From an uncultured Bacteroidota bacterium (GTDB taxonomy: Bacteria > Bacteroidota > Bacteroidia > UKL13-3), in assembly GCA_903897855.1 (NCBI GenBank), contig CAIUDH010000041.1, forward strand, positions 44,879-108,878: 64,000 bases of DNA, in the 5' to 3' direction. Below, piece after piece: positions 31,761-40,820 of this stretch. The notes beneath the pieces were generated by a model. That model did not search any database. It saw nothing but the letters and a program-made list of their open reading frames with translations, and was not told where the DNA came from. How positions within the stretch are numbered: position 1 is the stretch's first letter; each line of letters starts with the position of its first letter. Made by a program: the position numbers and the translations under genes.

Positions 31761-32109
31761 TGTATGAAATCAACAACAAGTATTAACCTCCTAAAAGCAT
31801 TACTAACAAAGAAACTTCACTTCCTATTTTTTCATTTATTTTCCTTTTGTTTCCTATAAAATGACTTATACTTGTTGCTAATTTGTCACACAAAGTATAA
31901 TTAGATAAGGACTAAATGTATTCTTTCAATTGAAACATAAGTCACAATAGTGTAGTATCGTTATCGTATATTTGCGTATCACACCGTATCACGTATCAGC
32001 AATTTGTTAGTTTCAACTCTTGCATTTTTTCGATTAAATTCAATCTAGCTGCTGCATTGTAAAAATAGTATGTTCAACTGCCGAGAAATACTCGGTAGTT
32101 GAAACCCTT

Positions 32110-33063
32110 TTACAACCGATTCAAATGCAATTGTATTCTTGCCATAATATCTTTAAACTCTGGTTGCCCATTATAATAAAGCTTGGAAGTGGATTCATAG
32201 CAATTTTGGAATGATTCTCTTATCTCCGAATCACTTAATAAAAGCGCAGGGTGTTCTCGAAGTGGTATTTGGTTGTCAGCTCCTTTGATTCTAGCTGCTT
32301 TATGTGCTAAATATTCAGGAGTTCCAATGAAAGCCTTTATATCAGAATTGCCAAGCAGGCAATAAACGTCATAATATTGGCGCATGAAGTTTTTATCATC
32401 AGAAGCTCCAGGATTATCTCTGTTGCTATATTTGCGAACTATTGTTTGAAGTTTTTCAATCAGGGTGTAACCTGGATGATAGCATTGTACGCCTGTTGCA
32501 GTATTGTTTATGTAATTGATGTGTGCTCCTATTGAAATAAGGTGTTCCCAAATCCAAGAAGAGATATCGATGGGGCTATTGGGTGTTACGGTGTCGAATC
32601 CAGCTTCTAATAAAATCAAATCTTTCAGCCCTTCCAACGTAGGGGTATAACTTTCATAGTAGAGTCTTATTCCTCCACTTCGAAATTTTTCTTTATCATC
32701 AAATTCATGGTCTCTAACAATTTCAATGATCCCATTTATCGAAAGCGATTTTGCAAACACATCATAAAATTCTTTTCGTGCCGTTTTTACTTGTGATTTG
32801 TCTTCTTTCCCTTCAATGAATAAGCCAAAATTTGTACGAATGTGAATGTCGATGTCCTCTTAAAATCTATGAATTAATCCATAGCCCTTGGATAATGACG
32901 TTCCTCCTTTCAATTCAAACTCAATTCCCTGTTGTTGCAATGAGTACAATGCATGCATGATCCAATAATCTTTCTCAACCAATGTAATATCAATGCCTTT
33001 CTTGGCAGATACAATGGAGAGAAGCTCTTTGAATTCAGGGTCGTTATGTATGAAATCAAGCAT
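32110..33063 (-). pseudogene. AbiEii-family nucleotidyltransferase toxin (type IV TA) interrupted by a single in-frame TAA
   Basis: The 67-aa ORF (33063-32860: EKDYWIMHALY...KGGTSLSKGYGLIHRF) and the 216-aa ORF (32760-32110) are in the same frame. They are separated only by a TAA at 32860-32862. Reading through gives ...LIHRF*EDIDIHIRTNFG..., where a conserved Ser normally sits. Confidence 0.75.
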
Positions 33064-33637
33064 GCTGGAGTACGTTTCTAACTATTGATTTTAAAGTGCG
33101 CTTTGTTTTGCCTGTTCCATATTGTTGAGTAGCCTTCATCAAAGCATCAGCATTAAAACTACGTACATTATTTGGCAATTTATCTAAGGCTTGTGTTTGG
33201 TCTTCTGCTAGGTTATCCAAATTGTTTAATAAATCAACGAGCAAATATTCTCTTGAGATATTTTTAGGGAAAGAGGATTTTAGTTTGAATTCGAATGTCT
33301 TTCCATTCAGTTGAAATTCGCCTTTGCGCTTATGGTTATATACCCATGTGGAATTGTAAAGTTGTGTTAGGCCTAGTCCTAATGAATTAAAACTATTTGG
33401 GGATACCAAAAGAAAATCTTCGTCCTTCAGAAAACTTTCTACTACTTGGCGGTCATCCGGAGGAACTGCCCCAAATTTTGATTGTTTAGGCGCGTAATAC
33501 AATCCTTGGTTTAATTTTACCAATGTTCCGTCTTTGGTTAATTGAACCAAATGCCTATCTATGGCCGTGGAATAATATTCCAGGTCAGAACGGCGATATA
33601 CCTCACCCTGCTTGATATGTTGACGGAGCAAATTCAT
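33056..33637 (-). CDS. AbiEi-family antitoxin / transcriptional regulator
   Basis: N-terminal MNLLRQHIKQGEVYRRSDLE...GTLVKLNQGLYYAP resembles the AbiEi_4 winged-helix domain. It overlaps the toxin start by 8 nt, the typical TA operon layout. Confidence 0.7.
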   Translation of the reverse strand: MNLLRQHIKQGEVYRRSDLEYYSTAIDRHLVQLTKDGTLVKLNQGLYYAPKQSKFGAVPPDDRQVVESFLKDEDFLLVSPNSFNSLGLGLTQLYNSTWVYNHKRKGEFQLNGKTFEFKLKSSFPKNISREYLLVDLLNNLDNLAEDQTQALDKLPNNVRSFNADALMKATQQYGTGKTKRTLKSIVRNVLQHA

Positions 33638-33667
33638 TTCTTTGATACAAAAGTACAGATATTTTTT

Positions 33668-33705
33668 GAATTGCATGCAAAAAACGGAAAAATTCATGCA
33701 AAAAC
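33668..33705. promoter_or_regulatory. Two direct copies of an AATT(G)CATGCAAAAAC box in the abiEi promoter region, containing the palindrome TGCATGCA; candidate autoregulatory operator
   Basis: GAATTGCATGCAAAAAAC (33668-33685) and AAATTCATGCAAAAAC (33690-33705), 30 to 70 nt upstream of the abiEi start. Confidence 0.3.
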
Positions 33706-33803
33706 TACCAATCCTCACCTATCTCATCCATTTTTGCTACCTGTTGCAGCATAGCTTCACCTTCTATAAAAGTTACCTAACCATTGGTTTAAAAACCCGT
33801 TTG

Positions 33804-36704
33804 CTAATATCCGAAATATCTGAATGCGGCCCAATAATAGGGTTGTTTGTAGGTTTCTCCGAATACACCAGCAATAAAATGTTGCCTGGTAATATGTAAA
33901 GCTTCAGAATAACTTTTCTTGTCGTTGAAAACCGACTTGTAAAAATCGGACATAAATATACCTGTTGCTTTATCATCTACTTTCCACCACGAAGCGATAA
34001 CCGCATTGGCTCCGGCTAAAAAAAAAGCCACCGGTAAATTATTTACTTCCTGTGACTGATCAGGAAGGCCCGCTGCTGTTTCACAGGCTGAAAGGCACAC
34101 CAATCCGGCATTAAGATGCAAGTTGGCTATTTCATTGAAGAGCAGAAACCCATCCTCTTTATTGCCTGCTTTCTCGGTTAATACCAAGGAGTTGTCACGA
34201 TAATTATTGAGTGAGACCATTCCATGAACAGCAAAATGCAAAATATCGTAATCCATGAGTTTATTAGAATCACTTAATTCTTTCAGTCGGCTTTCAGAAA
34301 GGCGATCTTCATCAAGGATCACTACTTCAGGCAGCAAATTTCTGATGGCCGACAATTCATTTTTTGTACCAGGCAAATCACCCCAGTTGGCGTATCCATC
34401 CTCTGCAAAATCATACCCCCGGCCTTTAGAGTTATGCGGATTAAACTTACTATAAGCGGCATTACCCAAGGCAAGCATCCTACCATGATTAGTTTTTGAT
34501 TTGGCCTTTAATAAATGAAACACGGTGAAAGAAGGCTCGTATACAATATTGTATAAACTTCCAAGATATTCTCCCTTTTCATTTTTTAAGGTCTCAAAGG
34601 GAATTAAGATGCTTCCGTAATCACCGGAGATGTAAATTGTTTTTTTGTTCTGCAGTATCTTTTCAAATGGTTTGATATAAATATAGTAAAGGATCTCATT
34701 AAATGCAGCCATTTCAGCTTTGGTATCCCGTTTCCTTTCCGGCTCTATGATACTTGCACCTCTAACATTGCCATGTTGCATCAGGTTGTTTAAGTTAGTC
34801 GCAATAATGAAAAGTAGCTTACTGCTTGTTTTGATTTCTTCTGTAGTTAAAATTTTCTCTACTTGTTGCATCGCCATATTTAGTTGGTTTGCCAGTGAAT
34901 CAATATTTAGCTCTTCATGATTCTTAAGTAATTTGTTCAACAGCGCGTGGTCTTCTTTTACGAGCATAACAGTATCATGACTTATAGCGAGGCCGAAAGC
35001 CAGTCCACTTAGACTCGACTTTGAAAATGTAATTGCCACTTCATCGCTTTTGAGTTCTGATGACAGTTTCTTAATACTGATAGTTTCGAGCGGACAGCAG
35101 GTTTTAGTTAGTTTAGGGAAAAATGCGTTGGCTCTCGATTCTTCCGTAAGTTTAAACAATTCGTCATTTTTTGTTTTCATTAATGCCATTTTTTCGAGTA
35201 GCGCAAACGCAGGATAAATGTCGGTTAAAGGCTTGTAAAGCAACTCGGAATTGTTTTTTACATAATTTAAATAATGTTCTATAGCCCGGTTGAGATAATA
35301 CTCAGCACTGTCTGTTTGCTTCAACCCATAGTATGACATTCCCGTAATTTCAAGCAAATTAGATATATCAATGTCAGCATAATTTTCGTAATTCGTAATA
35401 AACAATCTACTCATTGAGATGCATTCTTTATACTTTCCTATACTATTCAGAAACTGACAATAATTATAGTCGTCAAAAAACTCATCAACCGGCTGAGGGT
35501 GTTTCTCTGCATTTAATTTCTTACCTAGCCTATAATAATATTCAACAGAATCGAGCTCTTTCTTGTCACCAAAGATGACCATCAGTTTCCCTGTTGATAA
35601 GCTTTTTGCATCGGTAAGGCTACATTGGTTGGCAAGAATAAAAGAGCGTTTAAAATAAAAAAGTGCTGAGTCAGTTTCTGACAAATCAAGGTATTTATTA
35701 CCCATCGAATAATTAATAATAAACTGTTTGTCGAAATTATGAGCAAGCACTGCTAAATCTAAAGCTTGGCGCATTAAAAACATCCCTTCCTTTTCAGAAT
35801 TACCCAATTCATACAACACATCAATGATAAATGCGGTGTCGTTCAGATCTTTGGAAATAGAAAGCGCATTCATGAAATAATCATTGATAGCAATCGTTTT
35901 ACTACCCGTGTTATAATAAATCCATCCTAGGTCCCAGTAAAAGTCACGTAAAGTATAAAGCCGTAAACTTTGATTTTTTTGGTCTTCGACAATGAATTTT
36001 TCTTTCAATCTAATTATCACCTCATCGGTAGCCTCATAGTCGCCAGCAATGGTAAACTGATAGATAGAATCAAGAATTTCATTTCCGAATTTTTTATTTG
36101 AATATTGGTTATTCAAATAATCAGTAAAACTATATTTAAGTGTGCTCAATTTATACGGGTAATCTCCTTGCTGCTCAAAGAAGTTTAAATCGGCCATCAT
36201 ACTCTCTTCAAAAGCTTCGGCATTCGGAATATAATTCATTGCTCTATGAAAGTATTCCTGAAGTTTTCTCGGCTGCTTCAAATACGCATAGATATACCCC
36301 AGATTTAGATAGATAGAATAGTTGCAACTATTATATTTTAAGGCTTTAAGACAATATTTCTCGGCTCTGGCATATTTCTTATCTAATAACAAAAACCATC
36401 CTGTACTATTCCAATAATTCGCATTCTTTGGTGAGAGACGAATCAATCGATCGCCGTATTCAACCGCTACTCCATAATTTTTTAATTTGTAGTAATTATG
36501 AATTGAATATTCCAACGCCTTGATATTGTCAGGCTCTACAGCTAAAACCTTTTGAAGACCCACCAACGATGCTTCATAATGACCATTATTGAATGCTATA
36601 GTGGAATTCGACAACCATTGCTCAAGGCTGTCGGTTTGTGCTTTCGATAAATTCAATATGGACAACAACACAACGAGGAAAAGATACTTTTTGAAGATCA
36701 TCAT
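33804..36704 (-). CDS. Secreted TPR-repeat protein with a C-terminal CHAT (caspase-like) protease domain
   Basis: Signal peptide (LLSILNLSKAQ). Many TPR-like helices. C-terminal His/Cys dyad context LHFAVHGMV ... GLVCLSACETAAG, typical of CHAT. Confidence 0.8.
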   Translation of the reverse strand: MMIFKKYLFLVVLLSILNLSKAQTDSLEQWLSNSTIAFNNGHYEASLVGLQKVLAVEPDNIKALEYSIHNYYKLKNYGVAVEYGDRLIRLSPKNANYWNSTGWFLLLDKKYARAEKYCLKALKYNSCNYSIYLNLGYIYAYLKQPRKLQEYFHRAMNYIPNAEAFEESMMADLNFFEQQGDYPYKLSTLKYSFTDYLNNQYSNKKFGNEILDSIYQFTIAGDYEATDEVIIRLKEKFIVEDQKNQSLRLYTLRDFYWDLGWIYYNTGSKTIAINDYFMNALSISKDLNDTAFIIDVLYELGNSEKEGMFLMRQALDLAVLAHNFDKQFIINYSMGNKYLDLSETDSALFYFKRSFILANQCSLTDAKSLSTGKLMVIFGDKKELDSVEYYYRLGKKLNAEKHPQPVDEFFDDYNYCQFLNSIGKYKECISMSRLFITNYENYADIDISNLLEITGMSYYGLKQTDSAEYYLNRAIEHYLNYVKNNSELLYKPLTDIYPAFALLEKMALMKTKNDELFKLTEESRANAFFPKLTKTCCPLETISIKKLSSELKSDEVAITFSKSSLSGLAFGLAISHDTVMLVKEDHALLNKLLKNHEELNIDSLANQLNMAMQQVEKILTTEEIKTSSKLLFIIATNLNNLMQHGNVRGASIIEPERKRDTKAEMAAFNEILYYIYIKPFEKILQNKKTIYISGDYGSILIPFETLKNEKGEYLGSLYNIVYEPSFTVFHLLKAKSKTNHGRMLALGNAAYSKFNPHNSKGRGYDFAEDGYANWGDLPGTKNELSAIRNLLPEVVILDEDRLSESRLKELSDSNKLMDYDILHFAVHGMVSLNNYRDNSLVLTEKAGNKEDGFLLFNEIANLHLNAGLVCLSACETAAGLPDQSQEVNNLPVAFFLAGANAVIASWWKVDDKATGIFMSDFYKSVFNDKKSYSEALHITRQHFIAGVFGETYKQPYYWAAFRYFGY

Positions 36705-37286
36705 TGAAATTAGTTTTTAAAATAAACCCATACTTAAATTAAAATCAGACCATAACCTAAAAGCAAGTTATACTCTCAAAATCGTTCATTTTTTTTACTT
36801 CTAGAGAAAACAAAACCGACAGAAACTTTTATCAGTCGATCTTTAAAGAAATTATTTCATTTTTTGTTTCGGAAAATGGCCTTTGAATACATCGGCAAAC
36901 ATATGCCAAAAATGCAGAAAAAAAAATGAACGGTGCCATAAAACGAAAATATAGGTAGTAATTCTAGATAATTATTTCACCCTGAGAAGTTGATTGCATC
37001 CATCGAAATATTTATCTTGTAATATAACGACCAGAGGTGTCACTAAACCTCATAAAGTATAACAACGGTAGATGTTTATTATGATAGAAGTATCTTGCAA
37101 AATTAAAGGAGGTTCTTGAAAATTAATTTACACCACAAAACTGCCGATAGTTAGAATGCCAACAAATAAGTTATATTTGTCTCGAATCGATGGCATATCA
37201 TCATTTCGCTCGTGAATTTGAACAATCATTCAAAAAACGAGACGATACCGAAAGCCCATAAGAATAGAAATTTTAATACCTATAAA

Positions 37287-37793
37287 ATGAAGAATATTTT
37301 TTGTAAATCACCATTGTTAATTATCCTGATGGGAGTTTTGATTGGCTTTAACACAGCCTGTAAAAGTGATCCCGTTCAAACCCCAGAAGAAAAAGTAGAG
37401 GAAGCTCAGAATGCCTTTATAGCCTCGCTGGTATCAAACCCTCCAACCAAAGCCGACATCTCCGACCGAGTAAAAGTTTATTTGCTTAATAACACAAGCG
37501 ATTTTTTTGGTGCCACCGTTACGTTACTCGATAGCTTAAAAATAGCAACCTACAGTCCATATTGGTATCGGTCGGGCACTAATTTACTAATGACCGACCT
37601 GAACGCAGATACAGCCTATCATATCAATAATCAACCTTGGCTTCGTCAACCGATCGACGGAGGCGGTGCCATATGGACAGCCCCCTACTTTGATGCAGGC
37701 GGTGGCAATATCTGGATGAAAACACGATCGGTGCCGGTTTTTGTAAATGGAAAAATAATTGCCGTTGCAACCACCGATTTAGCCACTAAATAA
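37287..37793 (+). CDS. Hypothetical lipoprotein
   Basis: Signal peptide with lipobox (LIGFNTAC). No recognisable domain. The supplied ORF starts at 37212. Confidence 0.45.
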   Translation: MKNIFCKSPLLIILMGVLIGFNTACKSDPVQTPEEKVEEAQNAFIASLVSNPPTKADISDRVKVYLLNNTSDFFGATVTLLDSLKIATYSPYWYRSGTNLLMTDLNADTAYHINNQPWLRQPIDGGGAIWTAPYFDAGGGNIWMKTRSVPVFVNGKIIAVATTDLATK

Positions 37794-37919
37794 CGCTTGC
37801 CTCGAATCTTCATATTTTATTAGCATGCTCCATGACCGGGTTTGCATCGACGCCCCTCATGAACACTTCAATGCTTTAATGCGGAAGCTCGTGGATGCGA
37901 TATGAAATTAAGACCTTCC

Positions 37920-38264
37920 CTAATTTTGTGGTGCCCCTGAATCAATCCAGCATTTGATTTTTTTACGATCATCTAAAGAAAGAGTTCCGTTTTTAGGCAT
38001 ATCTTTCGTATACAAAACACGTTTAGATAGTGTGCCATTCTTAACCCTGATGAGAAGTCCTTCATAGGTGGAATAATTGCCATTCGGAGACCCTTCATGA
38101 TGACAGCCTGAACTGATGCAATGAGAATCAACAATCGACTTAATTGTGGCCATATAGGTAACAGGCATCAACGAACAATCAAGGTTCTTGTATTCATCCT
38201 TTTTGCAGCAGTTCAGGGTCATGAAAAACAAAACACAAAAAAACAAACCAAAAGTATTTTTCAA
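37920..38264 (-). CDS. Small lipoprotein with an HCISSGCHHEG motif
   Basis: Lipobox (MTLNCC). Cys-x4-Cys-His motif, not canonical CxxCH. Confidence 0.4.
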   Translation of the reverse strand: MKNTFGLFFCVLFFMTLNCCKKDEYKNLDCSLMPVTYMATIKSIVDSHCISSGCHHEGSPNGNYSTYEGLLIRVKNGTLSKRVLYTKDMPKNGTLSLDDRKKIKCWIDSGAPQN

Positions 38265-38268
38265 TTGA

Positions 38269-38664
38269 TTAATACGTTGTTTGCAATTCTACTTCCTTGG
38301 TTGACGAACGTTCACTCCACTTTATTGCTACAGCCACTCCTCCATGCACAGGCTTCATGGCCAAGCTGTCGAAGGCTTCCACATAACAATAATAATTCCC
38401 AGGACGCAGTGCTTCGATATGAACATGATTGTCATCAGGCTCGCCAGTTAGCTTTAAATCGAAGTTGGTTGTAGGGTTCGATGGTTGAGATTTGGAATTA
38501 AATTTTACATATAATGTAGCGGTGCCAATCATGGGTGTAGTGCCATGAAAAACCATGGCATGAATTTCGGCAGTGCCGCCAGTATCATTTTTTTTACAAG
38601 AGGAGACGATACCTACCATGAAAGAAAAAAATATAACTATAATAACTTTGTTTAAGGTTTGCAT
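38269..38664 (-). CDS. Small lipoprotein (beta-sandwich-like)
   Basis: Signal peptide with lipobox (GIVSSC). 4 nt from the downstream gene, so likely co-transcribed. Confidence 0.45.
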   Translation of the reverse strand: MQTLNKVIIVIFFSFMVGIVSSCKKNDTGGTAEIHAMVFHGTTPMIGTATLYVKFNSKSQPSNPTTNFDLKLTGEPDDNHVHIEALRPGNYYCYVEAFDSLAMKPVHGGVAVAIKWSERSSTKEVELQTTY

Positions 38665-38759
38665 AAAAAATTTAGATTGTAAAAATTGTAAATTTAAAGA
38701 CCAATCGATAGTGTTGATTGATCTCCAGAAAAAATTGAATTAAGAATAAATGCGAAAAG

Positions 38760-39125
38760 TTACGCCCAAGGTGGAGGACGAAAAACAGCGAACAGGCTTT
38801 GTATACAATAATTAGATTTCAGGGGAAAGAAATTGCTTTTGGTAACAGCTAAATCAAAGAACTGAAAGCAAATGGAAGACTGGCAAAACGAGGGTAATTC
38901 CAGCAATTTGAAGGCTTTGTCAGATTGGTTTTTTCTCTCAAGTGCCCGAAGCTGCCTATTAAGATAGCACTTGCCATTGCAATGCATTTTTTTATTGGCA
39001 CGATTCTCACAGAGATTATTACTAATGTAGTTCCTGTTTAATGAGAATGAGAGGAGAACACTAAAAACAGCTACGTTCTGAAAAATAATTAGTGAAAGGA
39101 ACAGAATGGGAATAGTTTTTTTCAA
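38760..39125 (-). CDS. Hypothetical Cys-rich small membrane protein (call uncertain)
   Basis: Supplied ORF only. N-terminal hydrophobic segment and 6 Cys. Could be a spurious ORF in a 600-nt intergenic region. Confidence 0.25.
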   Translation of the reverse strand: MKKTIPILFLSLIIFQNVAVFSVLLSFSLNRNYISNNLCENRANKKMHCNGKCYLNRQLRALERKNQSDKAFKLLELPSFCQSSICFQFFDLAVTKSNFFPLKSNYCIQSLFAVFRPPPWA

Positions 39126-39271
39126 GTCAGAACGCTTTTAGCCATGCGAATATAAGAAATATATTAACCTCGTATAACTTAAATTGAAGGTTCATTTTTA
39201 GAAGAGATAAAAAATGACATATTAATTTTGTTAATTTGAACTTTAATTTCTTTCTCCTAATTTAACGAACT

Positions 39272-39910
39272 ATGCTATTTAACCCCAAACGCAATACCGA
39301 ATTACTTCTACTATTTCTAGTGATTTTTACTTTAATCAACACGGGTTGTAAGAAGAAAATTCGTGGATGTATGGATTCCACTTCAATAAATTATAACCCT
39401 TTAGCTACCCAAGACGATGGCTCGTGTGCCCATATGGCCATTGGAGAGAGCTACCAAGGGGGAAATATTTTTTATCTGCTCACCACCGCCGACGTAGGGT
39501 ATGACAGTAATGTAAAACATGGCTTAATTGCAGCCCCAACCGACCAAAGTGCCAGCAAACAATGGTTTAATGGAACTTATATGGTGACCTACGCCACCGA
39601 CATCACCGTAGGTACAGGAAATTCAAATACAAACAGCATTGTAGTGAGGCAAGGTGCTGGAAGCTACGCTGCTAAATTGTGTTCCGATTTGGATTTGGGT
39701 GGCTATAACGATTGGTATTTGCCTAGCAAAGATGAATTAAAACATCTCTATGAAAATAAGAGCGCCGTTGGCGGCATTACTAACGGCACCTATTGGAGTT
39801 CGACTGAAGGCAGCAGCTCTGGCGCCTGGGGACAAGCCTTCGACACGGGCGCACAAATAAACTATGGCAAAAATCTAACCTGGTGCGTTAGAGCTATCAG
39901 AACTTTTTAA
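39272..39910 (+). CDS. DUF1566 (Lcl C-terminal domain) lipoprotein
   Basis: Lipobox (LINTGC). DWYLPSKDELKHLY, GTYWSSTE and AWGQAFDTG are hallmark DUF1566 motifs. A TAATTTTG -7 box lies near 39213. Confidence 0.7.
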   Translation: MLFNPKRNTELLLLFLVIFTLINTGCKKKIRGCMDSTSINYNPLATQDDGSCAHMAIGESYQGGNIFYLLTTADVGYDSNVKHGLIAAPTDQSASKQWFNGTYMVTYATDITVGTGNSNTNSIVVRQGAGSYAAKLCSDLDLGGYNDWYLPSKDELKHLYENKSAVGGITNGTYWSSTEGSSSGAWGQAFDTGAQINYGKNLTWCVRAIRTF

Positions 39911-40024
39911 TGGTGTCGACAATCCTATTTCATTAAATTAACGATTATCAAAATATTACAGCAAGTTTTCATAATTTCGAACCACTTTTTGTGAATCCAA
40001 AACCCACTTCAAACGTAACCTAAA

Positions 40025-40810
40025 ATGAAAAAATTATTACTCCTTGCCCTTATTGCACTAACAAGTATATACAGCTACTCACAAACGGCCACCGACTTTA
40101 CGGCCCCTGATTGTGCGGGCAATTCACACAATTTATTTACCGAATTAAATGCCGGTAAAATAATTGTGTTGGTTTGGGTCATGCCTTGCGGTTCGTGCAT
40201 TGGCGATGCCAAAGCAGGCTATGATGCAGCCCAGAGTTTTGCAACCACCAATCCAGGTAAAGTGCTTTATTGGTTATCCGATGATTTCGGCAATAACTCC
40301 TGTGCCACTTTAACCTCATGGGCCAATACCAATGGAATTGTATCGACCAAAATCACGGTATTCGGAAATGTAGGTACCGCTATAGATGAGGCCAACTACG
40401 GGGGCTCGGCCATGCCACATGTGGTGGTTTTAGCTGGAGGAAATCATAAAGTATACTTAAACAAATTGGGTGGTAGTAACGATGGTCCTGCCATTATGCA
40501 AGCCATAAGTCAAGCAATTACCACGGGCATTTCACAAAATGACATCCCCGATAACACCATAAAATTATTCCCGAATCCGGCTCAAAACAAAATCACACTC
40601 CAATTCACAGAGGTGCCAACGTCCAAGTACATGATTGATATTTACAACTTGTTAGGAGAGAAAATCCAGACTGTCATCAAAGAAAATGAATTCACAAAAA
40701 GCAATCTGATAGAAATTAACTTAGCCGACAATTTACCCAACGGCACTTATGTATTAAAATTAAGCAGTGATGACCGATGCCGGAATCTAAAATTCACCAT
40801 TATTCAATAA
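40025..40810 (+). CDS. Thioredoxin-like (CGSC) secreted protein with a T9SS C-terminal sorting domain
   Basis: Signal peptide. VLVWVMPCGSCIGDAK CxxC motif. C-terminal LFPNPAQNKITLQF...GTYVLKLSSDD Por CTD. Confidence 0.6.
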   Translation: MKKLLLLALIALTSIYSYSQTATDFTAPDCAGNSHNLFTELNAGKIIVLVWVMPCGSCIGDAKAGYDAAQSFATTNPGKVLYWLSDDFGNNSCATLTSWANTNGIVSTKITVFGNVGTAIDEANYGGSAMPHVVVLAGGNHKVYLNKLGGSNDGPAIMQAISQAITTGISQNDIPDNTIKLFPNPAQNKITLQFTEVPTSKYMIDIYNLLGEKIQTVIKENEFTKSNLIEINLADNLPNGTYVLKLSSDDRCRNLKFTIIQ

Positions 40811-40820
40811 TACACGGACT

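Noticed and set aside
37920-38264. Possible c-type cytochrome from the HCISSGCHHEG motif
   Set aside because: The spacing is Cx4CH rather than canonical CxxCH. Without a profile match it cannot be called a haem-binding site.
38760-39125. 121-aa Cys-rich minus-strand ORF in the 600-nt gap upstream of the DUF1566 gene
   Set aside because: It has no motif support and sits in a promoter-rich AT region. It is kept only as a low-confidence feature and could be spurious.
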